Translations under genes and position numbers: made by a program
Shown: one piece after another, positions 1-10,716 of the stretch
Layout of the letters: the number at the start of each line of letters is the position of its first letter
Numbering within the stretch: the first letter of the stretch is position 1
The notes under the pieces: generated by a model
Told to the model about the DNA's origin: nothing
Databases searched by the model: none
The model's input: only the letters and a program-made list of their open reading frames with translations
Assembly: GCA_963762145.1 (NCBI GenBank)
Contig: CAVXJS010000021.1
Location: 192,001-256,000 of the forward strand
Length of the DNA: 64,000 nt
Source: an uncultured Candidatus Rokubacteria bacterium
GTDB taxonomy: Bacteria > Methylomirabilota > Methylomirabilia > Rokubacteriales > CSP1-6
Reading direction: 5' to 3'

Positions 1-1
1 G

Positions 2-1354
2 GGCCTCGAGTTCCCGATCGATCGCATCACGGTCAACCTGGCGCCGGCGGATGTCCGCAAGGAAGGTGCCGCCTTCGACCTGCCGACCGCGGTCGGCATC
101 CTGTGCGCCACCGGGCTCATCAAGCCGGGCCGGCTGGATCGCGCGCTCGTGATGGGAGAGCTGTCGCTCGACTCCAGCGTGCGCGCGGTGCGCGGCGTGC
201 TGCCGGTGGCCCTGCACGCGCGGCGGGAGGGCTTCACACCGCTGCTCGTGCCCGCCGCGAACGCCCCGGAGGCCAGCGTGGTCGATGGCATCGACGTCAT
301 TCCCATCGCCAACCTGCACGATGCCGTCGAGTACCTGAACGGCGAGCGGGAGATCGGCCCCGCCTTCGGCACGCGCCGGGCCCGGCGGGAGGCCGAGGGC
401 GACGGCCTCGATTTCGCCGACGTGCGGGGGCACGCGCACGCCAAGCGTGGTCTCGAGATCGCGGCGGCGGGCGCGCACAACGTGTTGATGATCGGGCCGC
501 CCGGCACCGGCAAGACCATGCTGGCCCGGCGGGTCGCCTCCATCCTGCCGCCGCTCTCCCTCGAGGAAGCCATCGAGGCGTCCACGGTCTGGAGCGTCGC
601 GGGCCTGCTGCCGCCGGAGGAAGGCCTGCTCGCGTCGCGGCCGTTCCGCAGCCCGCACCACACCGCGTCCGAGGCCGGCCTCATCGGCGGCGGCAGCGTT
701 CCCCATCCGGGCGAGATCAGCCTCGCCCATCACGGCGTACTGTTCATGGACGAGCTGCCCGAGTTCTCCCCGCGGGTGCTGGAAGCTCTGCGCCAGCCGC
801 TCGAGGACGCGCGCGTCGTCGTCTCCCGCTCCGCGGGCACCGCCAGCTTCCCCGCCCGCTTCCAGCTCGTCGCCGCGGCCAATCCCTGCCGCCGTGGTTG
901 CGCCTCGCTCCCGGCCTGCGGCTGCTCCCCGGCCGAGCGCGCCCGCTACCTGGCCCGCCTCTCGCGGCCCCTGCTCGACCGCATCGATCTCCACCTCGAC
1001 ATTCCCGCCCTGCCCTACGCCGAGCTGACCGACGCGGCCGCGGGGGAGCCGTCGTCCGTCATTCGCGCCCGCGTGCTCACCGCCCGCGCCCGCCAGGCGG
1101 TCCGCTTCGCGGGCACCGCGACCCACGTCAACGCCGGCATGTCGGGCCGGCAGACCCGACGCCACTGCCCCCTGCCCACCGACGCGTCGCGGCTCCTCGG
1201 CCTGGCCGTGACCCAGCTCGGCTTCTCGGCTCGCGCACACGACCGCCTGTTACGTGTGGCCCGCACCATCGCCGACCTCGTGGGCTCCGACGCGATCACC
1301 GCCGAGCACGTCTCCGAGGCGATCCAGTATCGCGGGCTCGATCGCGCGCGGTGA
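2..1354 (+). CDS. comM: YifB/ComM family Mg-chelatase-like AAA+ ATPase (5' partial)
   Basis: Frame open from position 2 (GLEFPIDRITVNLAPADVRKEGAAFDLP); Walker A GPPGTGKT, RPFRSPHH, GEISLAHHGVLFMDE, LLDRIDL, RVARTIADL. Confidence 0.92.
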   Translation, partial: GLEFPIDRITVNLAPADVRKEGAAFDLPTAVGILCATGLIKPGRLDRALVMGELSLDSSVRAVRGVLPVALHARREGFTPLLVPAANAPEASVVDGIDVIPIANLHDAVEYLNGEREIGPAFGTRRARREAEGDGLDFADVRGHAHAKRGLEIAAAGAHNVLMIGPPGTGKTMLARRVASILPPLSLEEAIEASTVWSVAGLLPPEEGLLASRPFRSPHHTASEAGLIGGGSVPHPGEISLAHHGVLFMDELPEFSPRVLEALRQPLEDARVVVSRSAGTASFPARFQLVAAANPCRRGCASLPACGCSPAERARYLARLSRPLLDRIDLHLDIPALPYAELTDAAAGEPSSVIRARVLTARARQAVRFAGTATHVNAGMSGRQTRRHCPLPTDASRLLGLAVTQLGFSARAHDRLLRVARTIADLVGSDAITAEHVSEAIQYRGLDRAR

Positions 1355-1391
1355 GGGTCCCCGTCGACGTAGTAGGGTATCTTCACGGAAG

Positions 1392-2930
1392 ATGACGCTC
1401 TTCCAGGGCATGCTCCTGGGCCGGATCCTGCTGCTGGTCGCGCTCGCCGGCCTGCTGTTCACGCTGGCCCGCCGCGGGGTGATCTCGCGACGGCAACGCG
1501 CGTTCATCTTCGTCCTCCTCGTCGGCGCCCTCGCGAGCTACGCGAACTTCGGGATCCTGCACCCGAACCAATCCGGCTACCGGCCGGGACACATCCACTA
1601 CTACGACGCCTTTCACTACTTCATGGGAGCCAAGTACCTCCCGGAGCTGGGGTACTCGGGCCTCTACGAGGCGACCATCGTGGCCGGGCGTGAGCTCGGC
1701 GCCTTCGGCGGGATCACCTACGTTCGAGACCTCACGAGCTATGTCCCACGTCCGACCACGACCGTCGCAGCAGAGCCGATCCGGGCGCGCTTCTCAGCGG
1801 GGCGATGGGAAGCCTTCAAGCGCGACCTCGCCTTCTTCGGCCCACGGATCGACGCGTGGCCAGAGCTCCTCGTCGATCGCGGATACAATGATCCACCGCC
1901 GCGGGCGCTCCTCCTGCACCTGCTGGTCGGGCACCTGGCCGCGAGCGCGCCGACGCTCGCCCTGCTGTCCTCGCTCGACTACGTCCTGATGATCGCGGCG
2001 GCCTGGGCCGTCTGGCGCTCGTTCGGCGCGGTGCCCGCCGCGCTCACGCTCACCTTTCTCTCGCTGAGCTTCTACGCGCGATTCGACTACATCGGCGGAT
2101 CGATCCTGCGCTGGGACTGGGTCGCCGCGCTCCTCGCGGGCGCCGCCGCCCTGGCCCGGGGCGCCGGCACCACCGGCGGGCTCCTGCTCGGGTACGCGGC
2201 CGCGGCCCGGGTGTTCCCCGCCCTGTTCCTGGTTCCCCTCTTGATCAAGTGGACGCAGGCGCGGGTGAGCCGGCGGCCCGAGCCCGTGGTGACGTCCTGC
2301 CTCCGGGCGGCGGTGGGGCTCCTTCTTGCGATCTCGGTGGGGCTCCTCGCGTGGCCCGATCAGCGCCCGCTCGTGCTCGAATTCTTCGCCAAGATCCGGC
2401 TGCACGCCCAGGATCCGTTCGTGAACTCGGTGGGGTTGGGCTCGGTACTCGTGTTCGGCGCAGCACCGTGGAGCACGGCCGCAGACGGAGCGGTGTTCGT
2501 GCCCGCGGAGGCGATCGCGGCCGCGCGGCCCGCCGCGTATCTGCTCCCGCTGCTGTCGGCGGGCTATCTGCTCGCCGCCCTCCCCTTGATTCTCCGCGCC
2601 CGCCCGCTCGAGAGCATGACCTACGCGGTCCCCCTCGTCTTCTGCGCCTTCTCGCTCACCGGGTACTATTACGGCTTTCTGGCCCTTCTGGTCCTCTTGC
2701 CGTGGCACGAGGGTCGGGCGGACCGAATCAGCATCGTCGAGATGGCGCTACTGGCCGTCATCATGGCGAGCGCGTACGCCTTCGAGCTCGCGTCCGCGGA
2801 CCTGCTCCCCCTCTTCTACCAGGCCTCGATCCAGCTCGGCCTCTTCCTCGCCCTCTGGACGGTCTTCGAGTACGTCCGGCTCACCGGCACGCCGACGGGC
2901 GCGACGACTTGCCAACGCTCCCAGATGTGA
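1392..2930 (+). CDS. Multi-pass membrane protein, probable GT-C fold glycosyltransferase (GT87/DUF2029-like)
   Basis: About a dozen hydrophobic segments, large first loop with HYYDAFHYF and DRGYNDPP, later GGSILRWDW; ATG 1392 chosen over the ORF-track start. Confidence 0.55.
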   Translation: MTLFQGMLLGRILLLVALAGLLFTLARRGVISRRQRAFIFVLLVGALASYANFGILHPNQSGYRPGHIHYYDAFHYFMGAKYLPELGYSGLYEATIVAGRELGAFGGITYVRDLTSYVPRPTTTVAAEPIRARFSAGRWEAFKRDLAFFGPRIDAWPELLVDRGYNDPPPRALLLHLLVGHLAASAPTLALLSSLDYVLMIAAAWAVWRSFGAVPAALTLTFLSLSFYARFDYIGGSILRWDWVAALLAGAAALARGAGTTGGLLLGYAAAARVFPALFLVPLLIKWTQARVSRRPEPVVTSCLRAAVGLLLAISVGLLAWPDQRPLVLEFFAKIRLHAQDPFVNSVGLGSVLVFGAAPWSTAADGAVFVPAEAIAAARPAAYLLPLLSAGYLLAALPLILRARPLESMTYAVPLVFCAFSLTGYYYGFLALLVLLPWHEGRADRISIVEMALLAVIMASAYAFELASADLLPLFYQASIQLGLFLALWTVFEYVRLTGTPTGATTCQRSQM

Positions 2931-2972
2931 GAGGATGTTCGCGATTTTCGATCCTCGCTCCCGGAGGTCCCG

Positions 2973-3551
2973 ATGAGCCACGCTGCCGCGCCCCACCCCA
3001 TGACGCTCGATCGCGAGCGCACCGCTCTGGTCGTGATCGACGTGCAGGAGCGCCTGTTCCCCGCCATGGACGCCGACCATCGGGAAGAGGTCATGCGGAA
3101 TATCAAGGTCCTGACCGCGGCGGCGCGGCGGCTGAATCTGGGCACCCTGGTCACCGAGCAATATCCGAAGGGGCTCGGCCATACCCTGCAGGAGGTCAAG
3201 GATGCCCTTCCCGCCGGGGTGCAGCCGGTCGAGAAAGTCGCGTTCTCCTGCCTGGGGGTCGACGCGTTCCGAAGCCGGCTCACCGCCACGGGCGCGCGGC
3301 AGCTCCTCCTGGCCGGCATCGAGGCTCACGTATGCGTGCTGATGTCGGCCCTGGACCTGCTGGCCGAGGGCTACGCGGTACACATCGTGGCCGACGCGGT
3401 GACGTCGCGCACGCAGGCCAACTGGCGCCTGGCCATGGCCCAGCTCCGGCAGGCCGGGGCGGTGGTGACCACCACCGAGACCGTGCTCTTCCAGCTCCTG
3501 CGTCAAGCGGACACGGACGACTTCCGGGAGCTGGCGCGCCTGATTCGCTGA
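2973..3551 (+). CDS. Isochorismatase-family hydrolase
   Basis: LVVIDVQERL, TEQYPKGLG, EKVAFSC, GIEAHVCV motifs; GGAGG RBS upstream. Confidence 0.9.
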   Translation: MSHAAAPHPMTLDRERTALVVIDVQERLFPAMDADHREEVMRNIKVLTAAARRLNLGTLVTEQYPKGLGHTLQEVKDALPAGVQPVEKVAFSCLGVDAFRSRLTATGARQLLLAGIEAHVCVLMSALDLLAEGYAVHIVADAVTSRTQANWRLAMAQLRQAGAVVTTTETVLFQLLRQADTDDFRELARLIR

Positions 3552-3982
3552 TGCCCCGCTATTTCGACATCCGCACCACGGTGCTTCTCGTGGTCGGGTA
3601 CGGCATCCTCGCCGAAGAGGAGGATCGCCCGATCGCCTACGACCTCAAGCGCGCGATCGGCTCGCGCAGCGAGGGAGCGGACCATCGAAGCGCGGTCGTG
3701 GTGACCGACATGTGGATGCTCAACCAGGAGATGGCCGAGATGTTCCCCGCCATCGGCATCGGGGGCCCCGCGGTCAACGCGTTCACCGCGCAGATCTACG
3801 AGGACCTGCCGGTCGCCTTCACACGGGACCAGCGCGTCTTCATCCAGATGAACCAGGACCGCGGCAAGCGGGCCGCGCTCTGGGGCATGGACCAGCGGAG
3901 CACTCGGGAAGCGGCGGAGCTATTCGCGAAGGACGGGCTCCTCGACCGCTTCCTCGAGCTCGTCTGGCCGCGACCCGCCTGA
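3551..3982 (+). CDS. Hypothetical protein (143 aa) with IGIGGPAVN motif
   Basis: ATG overlaps the TGA of the upstream gene (TGATG); normal codon usage; equals the C-terminal part of ORF 2249..3982. Confidence 0.75.
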   Translation: MPRYFDIRTTVLLVVGYGILAEEEDRPIAYDLKRAIGSRSEGADHRSAVVVTDMWMLNQEMAEMFPAIGIGGPAVNAFTAQIYEDLPVAFTRDQRVFIQMNQDRGKRAALWGMDQRSTREAAELFAKDGLLDRFLELVWPRPA

Positions 3983-4000
3983 CCTGGCGGGCGGGCCCGT

Positions 4001-4699
4001 CTAGCGGGCGACGGTCAGGCGACTGCCGGGCGGCAGGTTGCTGTACGTGACCGAGCCGTTGGGGCCCGCATAGCGATACACCGAGCGCGGGATCACGCTG
4101 CGACCGCCGGTCCACACTCCACCGCCCCCGCCACCGCCCAGCACGCGCTGCACGTACTGCTGAGTCTCCGCGTATGGGGGAATACCGCGATGAGTGTCCA
4201 CCGCGCCCTCGCCCGCATTGTACGCGGCGACCGCCAGCGCGACGTTGCCGGGATAGCGGTCCAGCAGATAGCGCAGGTGGCGCACGCCCCCGTCGATGTT
4301 CTCGCGCGGGTTGAAGGAGTCGCGAACGCCGAGCATCACCGCGGTCTTGGGCATCAGCTGCATCAGCCCTCGGGCGCCGGTACGGGACACCGCGGTCGGA
4401 TTGAACGCCGACTCGGCCCGGATCACGGACTCGACGAGGCTCGCGTCCACGCCGTGGCGCGCGGAGATCTCCCGGATCTCGATGGCGTACTGACCACGAG
4501 CAACCTCGGGCATCCGGAGCCAGCCGGTGGCGGTACCCGAAACGACGGGCAGCCCTCGATATCGTGGATCCGCCGGCGCGTTGGTGAGGTGCACGCCCCC
4601 CGCGCCGTCGACCATGCGATAGGTGTCAGCCTGAGCGGCGGGGATTGCACCCAAACCGGCTAACAGGGCTACGAAGGTGAGCACGCCTCTCTTGAGCAC
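4001..4699 (-). CDS. Lytic transglycosylase (SLT domain) with signal peptide and DUF4124-like segments
   Basis: VIRAESAFNPTAVS, GARGLMQLMP, AAYNAGEGAV, PPYAETQQYV. Confidence 0.92.
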   Translation of the reverse strand: MLKRGVLTFVALLAGLGAIPAAQADTYRMVDGAGGVHLTNAPADPRYRGLPVVSGTATGWLRMPEVARGQYAIEIREISARHGVDASLVESVIRAESAFNPTAVSRTGARGLMQLMPKTAVMLGVRDSFNPRENIDGGVRHLRYLLDRYPGNVALAVAAYNAGEGAVDTHRGIPPYAETQQYVQRVLGGGGGGGVWTGGRSVIPRSVYRYAGPNGSVTYSNLPPGSRLTVAR

Positions 4700-4732
4700 G
4701 CCCTATATCCACGTGGCATGCCACGGGGTCCC

Positions 4733-4769
4733 AAAACAACGAGAGGCCGTCCGCACTGGACGGCCTCTC
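4733..4769 (-). terminator. Rho-independent terminator of the dnaK-dnaJ-hspR-lon operon
   Basis: 12-bp stem GAGAGGCCGTCC / GGACGGCCTCTC (4741-4769) followed on the minus strand by GTTGTTTT. Confidence 0.8.
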
Positions 4770-4795
4770 AGACTTACTTTTCAGCTGCTTACAGG

Positions 4796-7225
4796 CTAGT
4801 TCCGGGCCTGGAGCAGCGACTCCCGGACGCGATTGTCCCTGGGTATCGGCTCCTCGAGGGCCAGATTCAGCACTTGATCCACCGTATCCACCAGGTGGAA
4901 GGTCATCCCCTCGCGCACCTGGCTCGGCACGTCCTCGATCAAGTTTTTCTCGTTTCGTTTCGGCAAGATAATGGTCTTGATGCCGGCTCGCCGGGCCCCG
5001 AGGACCTTCTCCTTGATGCCCCCCACGGGCAGCACGCGGCCGGATAACGTCACTTCGCCGGTCATGGCCAGATCCGATCTCACGGGCCGCTGAGTCATCA
5101 GGGAAACGAGTGCCGTCACCAGCGTGACACCGGCGGACGGACCGTCCTTGGGAATCGCGCCCGCCGGTACATGCACGTGCAGGTCGGAGGTCTCCCAGTA
5201 GTCGGACCGGATTCCGAGTTCCGACACATGCGAGCGCACCCACGAGAGCGCGGCCTGGGCGGACTCCTTCATGACATCGCCCAGCTGACCGGTCAGGGTC
5301 AGCGTCTTGCTGCCCTTCATCCTGGTGGCCTCGATGAACAGGATCTCGCCGCCGGTGGGTGTCCAGGACATGCCGATCGCCACCCCGGGAATGCTGGTCC
5401 GCTCCTCGAGCTCCTCGTGCATGTACTTCGGCACCCCGAGCAGCTCGCCGACGAGCGCCTCGGTCACCTCCACGAGATCGGTGTGGCCCTCGACCCGGCG
5501 CTTGGCGATCTTGCGCGTGACCGCCGCGATCGCCCGCTCCAGGTTCCGCAGCCCCGCCTCGCGCGTGTAGCCGCGCACCAGCAACCGCACCGCCCCGTCG
5601 GTCCACTGCAGCTCCACGCCTTCGACCATGCCGTGATCGCTGACCTGCTTCGGCACGAGGTGGCTCCGCGCGATACGCACCTTCTCCTCCTCGGTGTACC
5701 CGGCGATCTCGATGATCTCCATCCGGTCACGCAGCGGCGCCGGCACCGTATCCAGCACGTTCGCGGTCGTGATGAACAGGACCTTGGAGAGATCGAACGC
5801 CACGTCGATGTAGTGGTCCCGGAACGCCACGTTCTGCTCGGGGTCGAGCACCTCGAGCAGAGCGGAGGCCGGATCGCCCCGGAAGTCCATGCCGAGCTTG
5901 TCCACCTCGTCCAGCATCAGCACCGCGTTCTTCGATTCGGCTCGGCGCAGGCCCTGGATGACCTGACCCGGCAGCGCGCCGATATAGGTTCTCCGGTGGC
6001 CGCGGATCTCCGCCTCGTCACGCATGCCGCCCAGCGAGATGCGGTGGAACTTCCGGCCGAGCGCCCGCGCGATCGAGCGGCCCAGCGAGGTCTTGCCGAC
6101 ACCCGGGGGGCCGACGAAGCACAGGATCGGATCCTTCCCGGCCGGGCGCATGCTCTTCACCGCGAGGTACTCGAGGATGCGCTCCTTCACCTTCTCGAGG
6201 CCGGAATGATCGTCGTCGAGCACTCGCCGCGCCTCGTTGATGTCGAGGTTGTCGGTCGTCTCCTTGCTCCACGGCAGCGCCACGAGCCAGTCGAGATAGG
6301 TCCGCGCCACCGTGTACTCCGCGGCGGCCGGCGGCATCTTGCTCAGCCGGTCCAGCTCGCGCACCGCCTCCTTGTGGGCCTCCTCGGTCATCCCGGCCGC
6401 CTCGATCTTCGCCCGCAGCTCGTCGAGCTCCTGGGCGCGATCGTCGGTCTGCCCGAGCTCCTTCTGGATCGCCTTCATCTGCTCCCGCAGGTAGTACTCG
6501 CGCTGGCTCTTGCCGACCTCCGACTCGACCTGCGACTGGATCTTGGAGCCGAGGGCCAGCACCTCGGCCTCTTTCGTGAGGACCGAGACGAGACGGGCCA
6601 GCCGCGCCTTGACATCCGGCGTCTCCAGGAGCTCCTGCTTCACCTGGGTCGTGAGCACGGGCAGCGTGGCCGCGATGAGGTCGCCGAGGCGGTCCGGCTG
6701 TGTCACGTTCTGCGCGACGGTCGCCAGCTCGTCGGGCAGCATCGGGGACAGCTCCACCACCTGACGGAACAGGTTCCCCGCGTTCCGCGCCAGCGCCTCC
6801 GCCTCGAGATCCCCGGCGGGCGGCGAGAGCTCCGGCACCTGCGCGATGCGCGCGGTGAGATACGGGCGCACCTGCGTCATCTCCGTGATGCGGATGCGAT
6901 GAAGACCCTGCACCACCAGCCGCACGGTGCCGTCGGGCTGCTTCAGCACCTTGTGCACGGTGGCCAGGGTCCCGACCCGGTGCAGATCGGCCTCCTGCGG
7001 ATCCTCGGTCGTCGGATCCCGCTGGGTGAAGACCCCGATCAGGCGGCCGCCCCGAACCACGTCTTCGAGCAACCGCACCGACGACTCGCGACCGGCCCCC
7101 AGCGGCAGGGCCGACTGTGGAAACAGGACGGTGTCGCGCAAGGGCAAGATCGGCACGCGCTCCGGAACCGGTTCGTCCGAGCTCGGCGAGCCTGCACTGG
7201 CCAGGGACATCTTCTCGTCCGTCAT
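4796..7225 (-). CDS. lon: ATP-dependent protease La (Lon)
   Basis: LON N-domain, Walker [21 protein letters not shown], catalytic PKDGPSAG and GGIKEK; start set at MTDEK. Confidence 0.96.
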   Translation of the reverse strand: MTDEKMSLASAGSPSSDEPVPERVPILPLRDTVLFPQSALPLGAGRESSVRLLEDVVRGGRLIGVFTQRDPTTEDPQEADLHRVGTLATVHKVLKQPDGTVRLVVQGLHRIRITEMTQVRPYLTARIAQVPELSPPAGDLEAEALARNAGNLFRQVVELSPMLPDELATVAQNVTQPDRLGDLIAATLPVLTTQVKQELLETPDVKARLARLVSVLTKEAEVLALGSKIQSQVESEVGKSQREYYLREQMKAIQKELGQTDDRAQELDELRAKIEAAGMTEEAHKEAVRELDRLSKMPPAAAEYTVARTYLDWLVALPWSKETTDNLDINEARRVLDDDHSGLEKVKERILEYLAVKSMRPAGKDPILCFVGPPGVGKTSLGRSIARALGRKFHRISLGGMRDEAEIRGHRRTYIGALPGQVIQGLRRAESKNAVLMLDEVDKLGMDFRGDPASALLEVLDPEQNVAFRDHYIDVAFDLSKVLFITTANVLDTVPAPLRDRMEIIEIAGYTEEEKVRIARSHLVPKQVSDHGMVEGVELQWTDGAVRLLVRGYTREAGLRNLERAIAAVTRKIAKRRVEGHTDLVEVTEALVGELLGVPKYMHEELEERTSIPGVAIGMSWTPTGGEILFIEATRMKGSKTLTLTGQLGDVMKESAQAALSWVRSHVSELGIRSDYWETSDLHVHVPAGAIPKDGPSAGVTLVTALVSLMTQRPVRSDLAMTGEVTLSGRVLPVGGIKEKVLGARRAGIKTIILPKRNEKNLIEDVPSQVREGMTFHLVDTVDQVLNLALEEPIPRDNRVRESLLQARN

Positions 7226-7244
7226 GATGATGGCCTCCCTTCCC

Positions 7245-7631
7245 TCAAAAAAGGTCAACCGGCGAAAGCTGGCTGGATGCCGCCCGGACGAGCGCTTCGC
7301 TCTTGCCGCGCCGCGCCTCGTCTCGGGAGTCCGCCATGTCGTTTCGCACGTGATTGGTCAACTCCTCGATCCGCGCCTGCATGTCGAGCATGCGGCGCCT
7401 CATCTTTAGGATGATCTCGATCCCGGCAAGATTCACCCCGAGGTCGCGGGCCAGCCGGGTGACGCGCGCGATCTCCTCGACATCCTCTGTCGAGTACATC
7501 CGGGTCTTCCCCTCCGTTCGGCTCGGGCGGATCAACCCCTTCTTCTCGTACATGCGGAGGGTCTGGGGATGGATCTTCACCATCTCCGCCACGACACCGA
7601 TCATGTAGAGGGGCCGACTGCGGTCGGTCAT
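7245..7631 (-). CDS. hspR: HspR-like MerR-family heat-shock repressor
   Basis: YMIGVVAEMVKIHPQTLRMYEKKGLIRPSRTEGKTRMYS and DLGVNLAGIEIIL; overlaps dnaJ stop. Confidence 0.88.
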   Translation of the reverse strand: MTDRSRPLYMIGVVAEMVKIHPQTLRMYEKKGLIRPSRTEGKTRMYSTEDVEEIARVTRLARDLGVNLAGIEIILKMRRRMLDMQARIEELTNHVRNDMADSRDEARRGKSEALVRAASSQLSPVDLF

Positions 7632-8635
7632 TCGCGCGCGCTCCCGGGTGCCGTGACGTCCGGTTGGGCAGGCAGGAGCCGTCCCAGCTCCCGGAACACC
7701 TCCTGCGTCCTGGTATCCAGGCTGCGGGGAATCTCCACCCGCGCGGTCACGTAGAGATCTCCGCGCCCGTCCCCGGCGAGCCGCCGGACGCCCTTGCCCC
7801 TCAGCCGGAACACCTGGCTGCTCTGGGTGCCGGGCGGGATCGCGAGGTCCACGGAGCCGTCGACACCCTTCACCTTGACGCGGGCGCCCAGGACCGCCTC
7901 GACGAGGGAGAGTGGCACCTCGCAGTAGAGATTGTCGCCCTTGCGCGTGTACCGCGGATCGTCGTGCACCCGCGCGATCACGATCAGATCGCCCCGCGGA
8001 CCGGCGAACGGCCCCGAGTGGCCTTCGCCGGGGATCCGGATCTGGCTGCCGGTGTCCATTCCCGGCGGCAGCAGCACGTGAACCACGGCGCGGCCCGGCG
8101 TGACGCCACGACCGCGGCAGGCCACGCAGGCCGCCGCCACGCGCGTGCCGGCTCCCTCGCAGGCCGGACATACCCCGCTCTCGCGCGAGGACTCGCTCCA
8201 GACCGTGCCCAGCCCGCCGCAATGCGAGCAGGTAGTCGGCGAGGCGCCCGCGGCCGCGCCGGTGGCGCGACAGGCCTCGCACGGAGACAACCGGTCGACC
8301 GGCACGTCCGCCTCGACGCCGGCGACCGCCTGCGCGAACGAGAGCTCGACCGCGACCTGGGCGTCACCGCCCCGGCGCCCGGAGCGCGGGGCTGTCGCCG
8401 GAGCGGGACCGGACCGGTCCGCGCGCCTCACACCCTGCCGGTCATAGACCGAGCGCGCGGTCGGATCGCTCAAGATGCGGTAGGCCTCCCCGATCTCCTC
8501 GAAGAGTGCCTGCGCGTCGCGCTCCCAGAAGTTAACGTCGGGGGAATAGCGGCGCGCGAGACGCTGGTAGGCCCGACGGATCTGGACCGTCGTGGCTCCC
8601 GCACTCACTTCGAGCACCGCGTAGTAGTCACGCAT
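7628..8635 (-). CDS. dnaJ: DnaJ-family co-chaperone (J domain with SPD instead of HPD, four CxxCxGxG-type repeats, C-terminal domain)
   Basis: [54 protein letters not shown]. Confidence 0.88.
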   Translation of the reverse strand: MRDYYAVLEVSAGATTVQIRRAYQRLARRYSPDVNFWERDAQALFEEIGEAYRILSDPTARSVYDRQGVRRADRSGPAPATAPRSGRRGGDAQVAVELSFAQAVAGVEADVPVDRLSPCEACRATGAAAGASPTTCSHCGGLGTVWSESSRESGVCPACEGAGTRVAAACVACRGRGVTPGRAVVHVLLPPGMDTGSQIRIPGEGHSGPFAGPRGDLIVIARVHDDPRYTRKGDNLYCEVPLSLVEAVLGARVKVKGVDGSVDLAIPPGTQSSQVFRLRGKGVRRLAGDGRGDLYVTARVEIPRSLDTRTQEVFRELGRLLPAQPDVTAPGSARE

Positions 8636-8641
8636 GGTCGT

Positions 8642-8676
8642 GCGCGGGGCCGCGCGCTGTTCCGCGGGCCCCGCGC
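8642..8676 (-). other. GC-rich stem-loop between dnaK and dnaJ (mRNA stabiliser or attenuator)
   Basis: GCGCGGGGCC...GGCCCCGCGC inverted repeat just after the dnaK stop, no U-tract. Confidence 0.45.
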
Positions 8677-8686
8677 CTCTCGGTTG

Positions 8687-10603
8687 TTACTTCTTCTCTC
8701 CCAGATCCTCGAACTCGGCGTCCACCACGTCCCCCTTGGGCGGCGTGGCGCCGCCCGCGGGCCCCGGCTCGGGCGCCCCGCCGGCGCCGGGCTGGGACTT
8801 CGCCTGGGCTTCGCGGTACATGGCCTCCGACAGCTTGTGCGAGGCCTGGACCGTCGCTTCCTGTGCCTTCTTGATCCGGTCGAGATCCTCGGTCTTGAGC
8901 GCCTCTCGCAGCTCGCCCAGAGCCGCCTCGGTCGCCTGCTTGTCGGCGGCGTCGACCTTGTCGCCCTGCTCGCGCAGCAGCTTCTCCGTCGAGTACATCA
9001 CCGAGTCGGCGAGGTTCCTGATCTCGATGCCCTCGCGCTGCCGGGCATCGTCGGCCGCGTTCGCCTCGGCCTCCTTCTTCATGCGCTCGATCTCGTCCTT
9101 GCTGAGGCCGGACGAGGCCGTGATCGTGATGTTCTGCTGCTTGCTCGTCGCCTTGTCGCGCGCCGAGACGTTGAGGATCCCGTTCGCGTCGATATCGAAC
9201 GTGACCTCGATCTGCGGTACGCCCCGCGGCGCGGACGGCAGGCCGTCCAGGTGGAATCGACCCAGGGTGCGGTTGTCCCGCGCCATCGGCCGCTCGCCCT
9301 GCAGCACGTGCACCTCCACCGAGGGCTGGCTGTCCGCCGCGGTCGTGAAGGTCTCCGCCTTCTTCGTCGGGATCGTGGTGTTGGCGTCGATCAGCTTCGT
9401 CATCACGCCGCCCAGCGTCTCGATGCCTAGGGACAGGGGCGTCACGTCCAGGAGCAGGAGGTCCTTGACCTCTCCGGTCAGCACCGCCGCCTGCACCGCC
9501 GCGCCGAGCGCCACGACCTCGTCCGGGTTCACCGTCTTGTTCGGCTCCTTGCCGAACAGCCGCTTGACCTCCTCCTGGACCTTCGGCATCCGCGTCTGGC
9601 CGCCGACCAGGATGATCTCGTCGATGTCGTCCGGATTGACCCCCGCCTGCCGCATCGCCTCCCGGCAGGGGGTCAGGCTGCGCTCGATCAGATCCGCCAC
9701 CAGCGTCTCGAGCTTGGCCCGGGTGAGGGTCACCACGAGATGCTTGGGGCCGCTCGCGTCCGCGGTGATGAACGGGAGATTGATCTCGGTCTGCACCGTG
9801 GTGGACAGCTCACACTTGGCCTTCTCGGCCGCTTCCTTGAGCCGCTGGAGCGCCATCCGGTCCTTGCGCAGATCGATGCCGTTCTCGCGCTTGAACTCCT
9901 CGGCGATCCAGTCCATCACCCGCTGGTCGAAGTCGTCGCCGCCCAGGTGGGTATCACCATTGGTGGCCTTCACCTCGACGACACCCTCGCCGATCTCCAG
10001 GACGGAGATGTCGAATGTGCCGCCGCCCAGGTCGTAGACCGCGACCGTCTCGTCCTTCTTCTTGTCGAGACCATAGGCGAGCGCCGCCGCGGTGGGCTCG
10101 TTGACGATGCGGAGCACCTCGAGACCCGCGATCGCCCCCGCGTCCTTCGTGGCCTGCCGCTGACTATCGTTGAAATAGGCCGGCACGGTGATGACCGCCT
10201 GGGTGACCTTCTCCCCCAGGTAGGCCTCGGCCGCTTCCTTGAGCTTGCGCAGCACGAGCGCGGAGATCTCCGGAGGAGAGTACATCTTGCCGCGGCTCTC
10301 CACGCGAACATCCCCGTTATCGGCCTTGAGCACCTTGTACGGGATCAGCTTGGCCTCACCGAGCACCTCGTCATAGCGGCGTCCCATGAAGCGCTTGATG
10401 GAGAAGATGGTGTTCTCCGGGTTCGTGATGGCCTGACGCTTCGCCACCTGCCCGACGAGGGTATCTCCCTCCTTCGTGAAAGCCACCACCGATGGAGTCA
10501 GGCGGCTCCCTTCCTGATTGGCGATGACGGCGGGGTCACCGCCTTCCACCACCGCGACAACCGAGTTCGTCGTTCCGAGGTCGATACCGATCACCTTCGC
10601 CAT
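8687..10603 (-). CDS. dnaK: Chaperone DnaK (Hsp70)
   Basis: [54 protein letters not shown]. Confidence 0.98.
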   Translation of the reverse strand: MAKVIGIDLGTTNSVVAVVEGGDPAVIANQEGSRLTPSVVAFTKEGDTLVGQVAKRQAITNPENTIFSIKRFMGRRYDEVLGEAKLIPYKVLKADNGDVRVESRGKMYSPPEISALVLRKLKEAAEAYLGEKVTQAVITVPAYFNDSQRQATKDAGAIAGLEVLRIVNEPTAAALAYGLDKKKDETVAVYDLGGGTFDISVLEIGEGVVEVKATNGDTHLGGDDFDQRVMDWIAEEFKRENGIDLRKDRMALQRLKEAAEKAKCELSTTVQTEINLPFITADASGPKHLVVTLTRAKLETLVADLIERSLTPCREAMRQAGVNPDDIDEIILVGGQTRMPKVQEEVKRLFGKEPNKTVNPDEVVALGAAVQAAVLTGEVKDLLLLDVTPLSLGIETLGGVMTKLIDANTTIPTKKAETFTTAADSQPSVEVHVLQGERPMARDNRTLGRFHLDGLPSAPRGVPQIEVTFDIDANGILNVSARDKATSKQQNITITASSGLSKDEIERMKKEAEANAADDARQREGIEIRNLADSVMYSTEKLLREQGDKVDAADKQATEAALGELREALKTEDLDRIKKAQEATVQASHKLSEAMYREAQAKSQPGAGGAPEPGPAGGATPPKGDVVDAEFEDLGEKK

Positions 10604-10687
10604 GTCGTGTTCTCTCCTGTCTGAGTGTCCCGGGGCTGCGCCGGGCCGGCGGATTTCCTCGCCCCGACCTGATATGAGCGTACTTGA

Positions 10688-10716
10688 CTTATATATGCTG
10701 AGTTGATCGATGTCAA
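10688..10716 (-). promoter_or_regulatory. sigma70-type promoter of dnaK operon, overlapped by HAIR-like sites
   Basis: Minus strand TTGACA (10716-10711), 17-nt spacer, TATAAG (10693-10688) in an AT-rich island. Confidence 0.7.
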
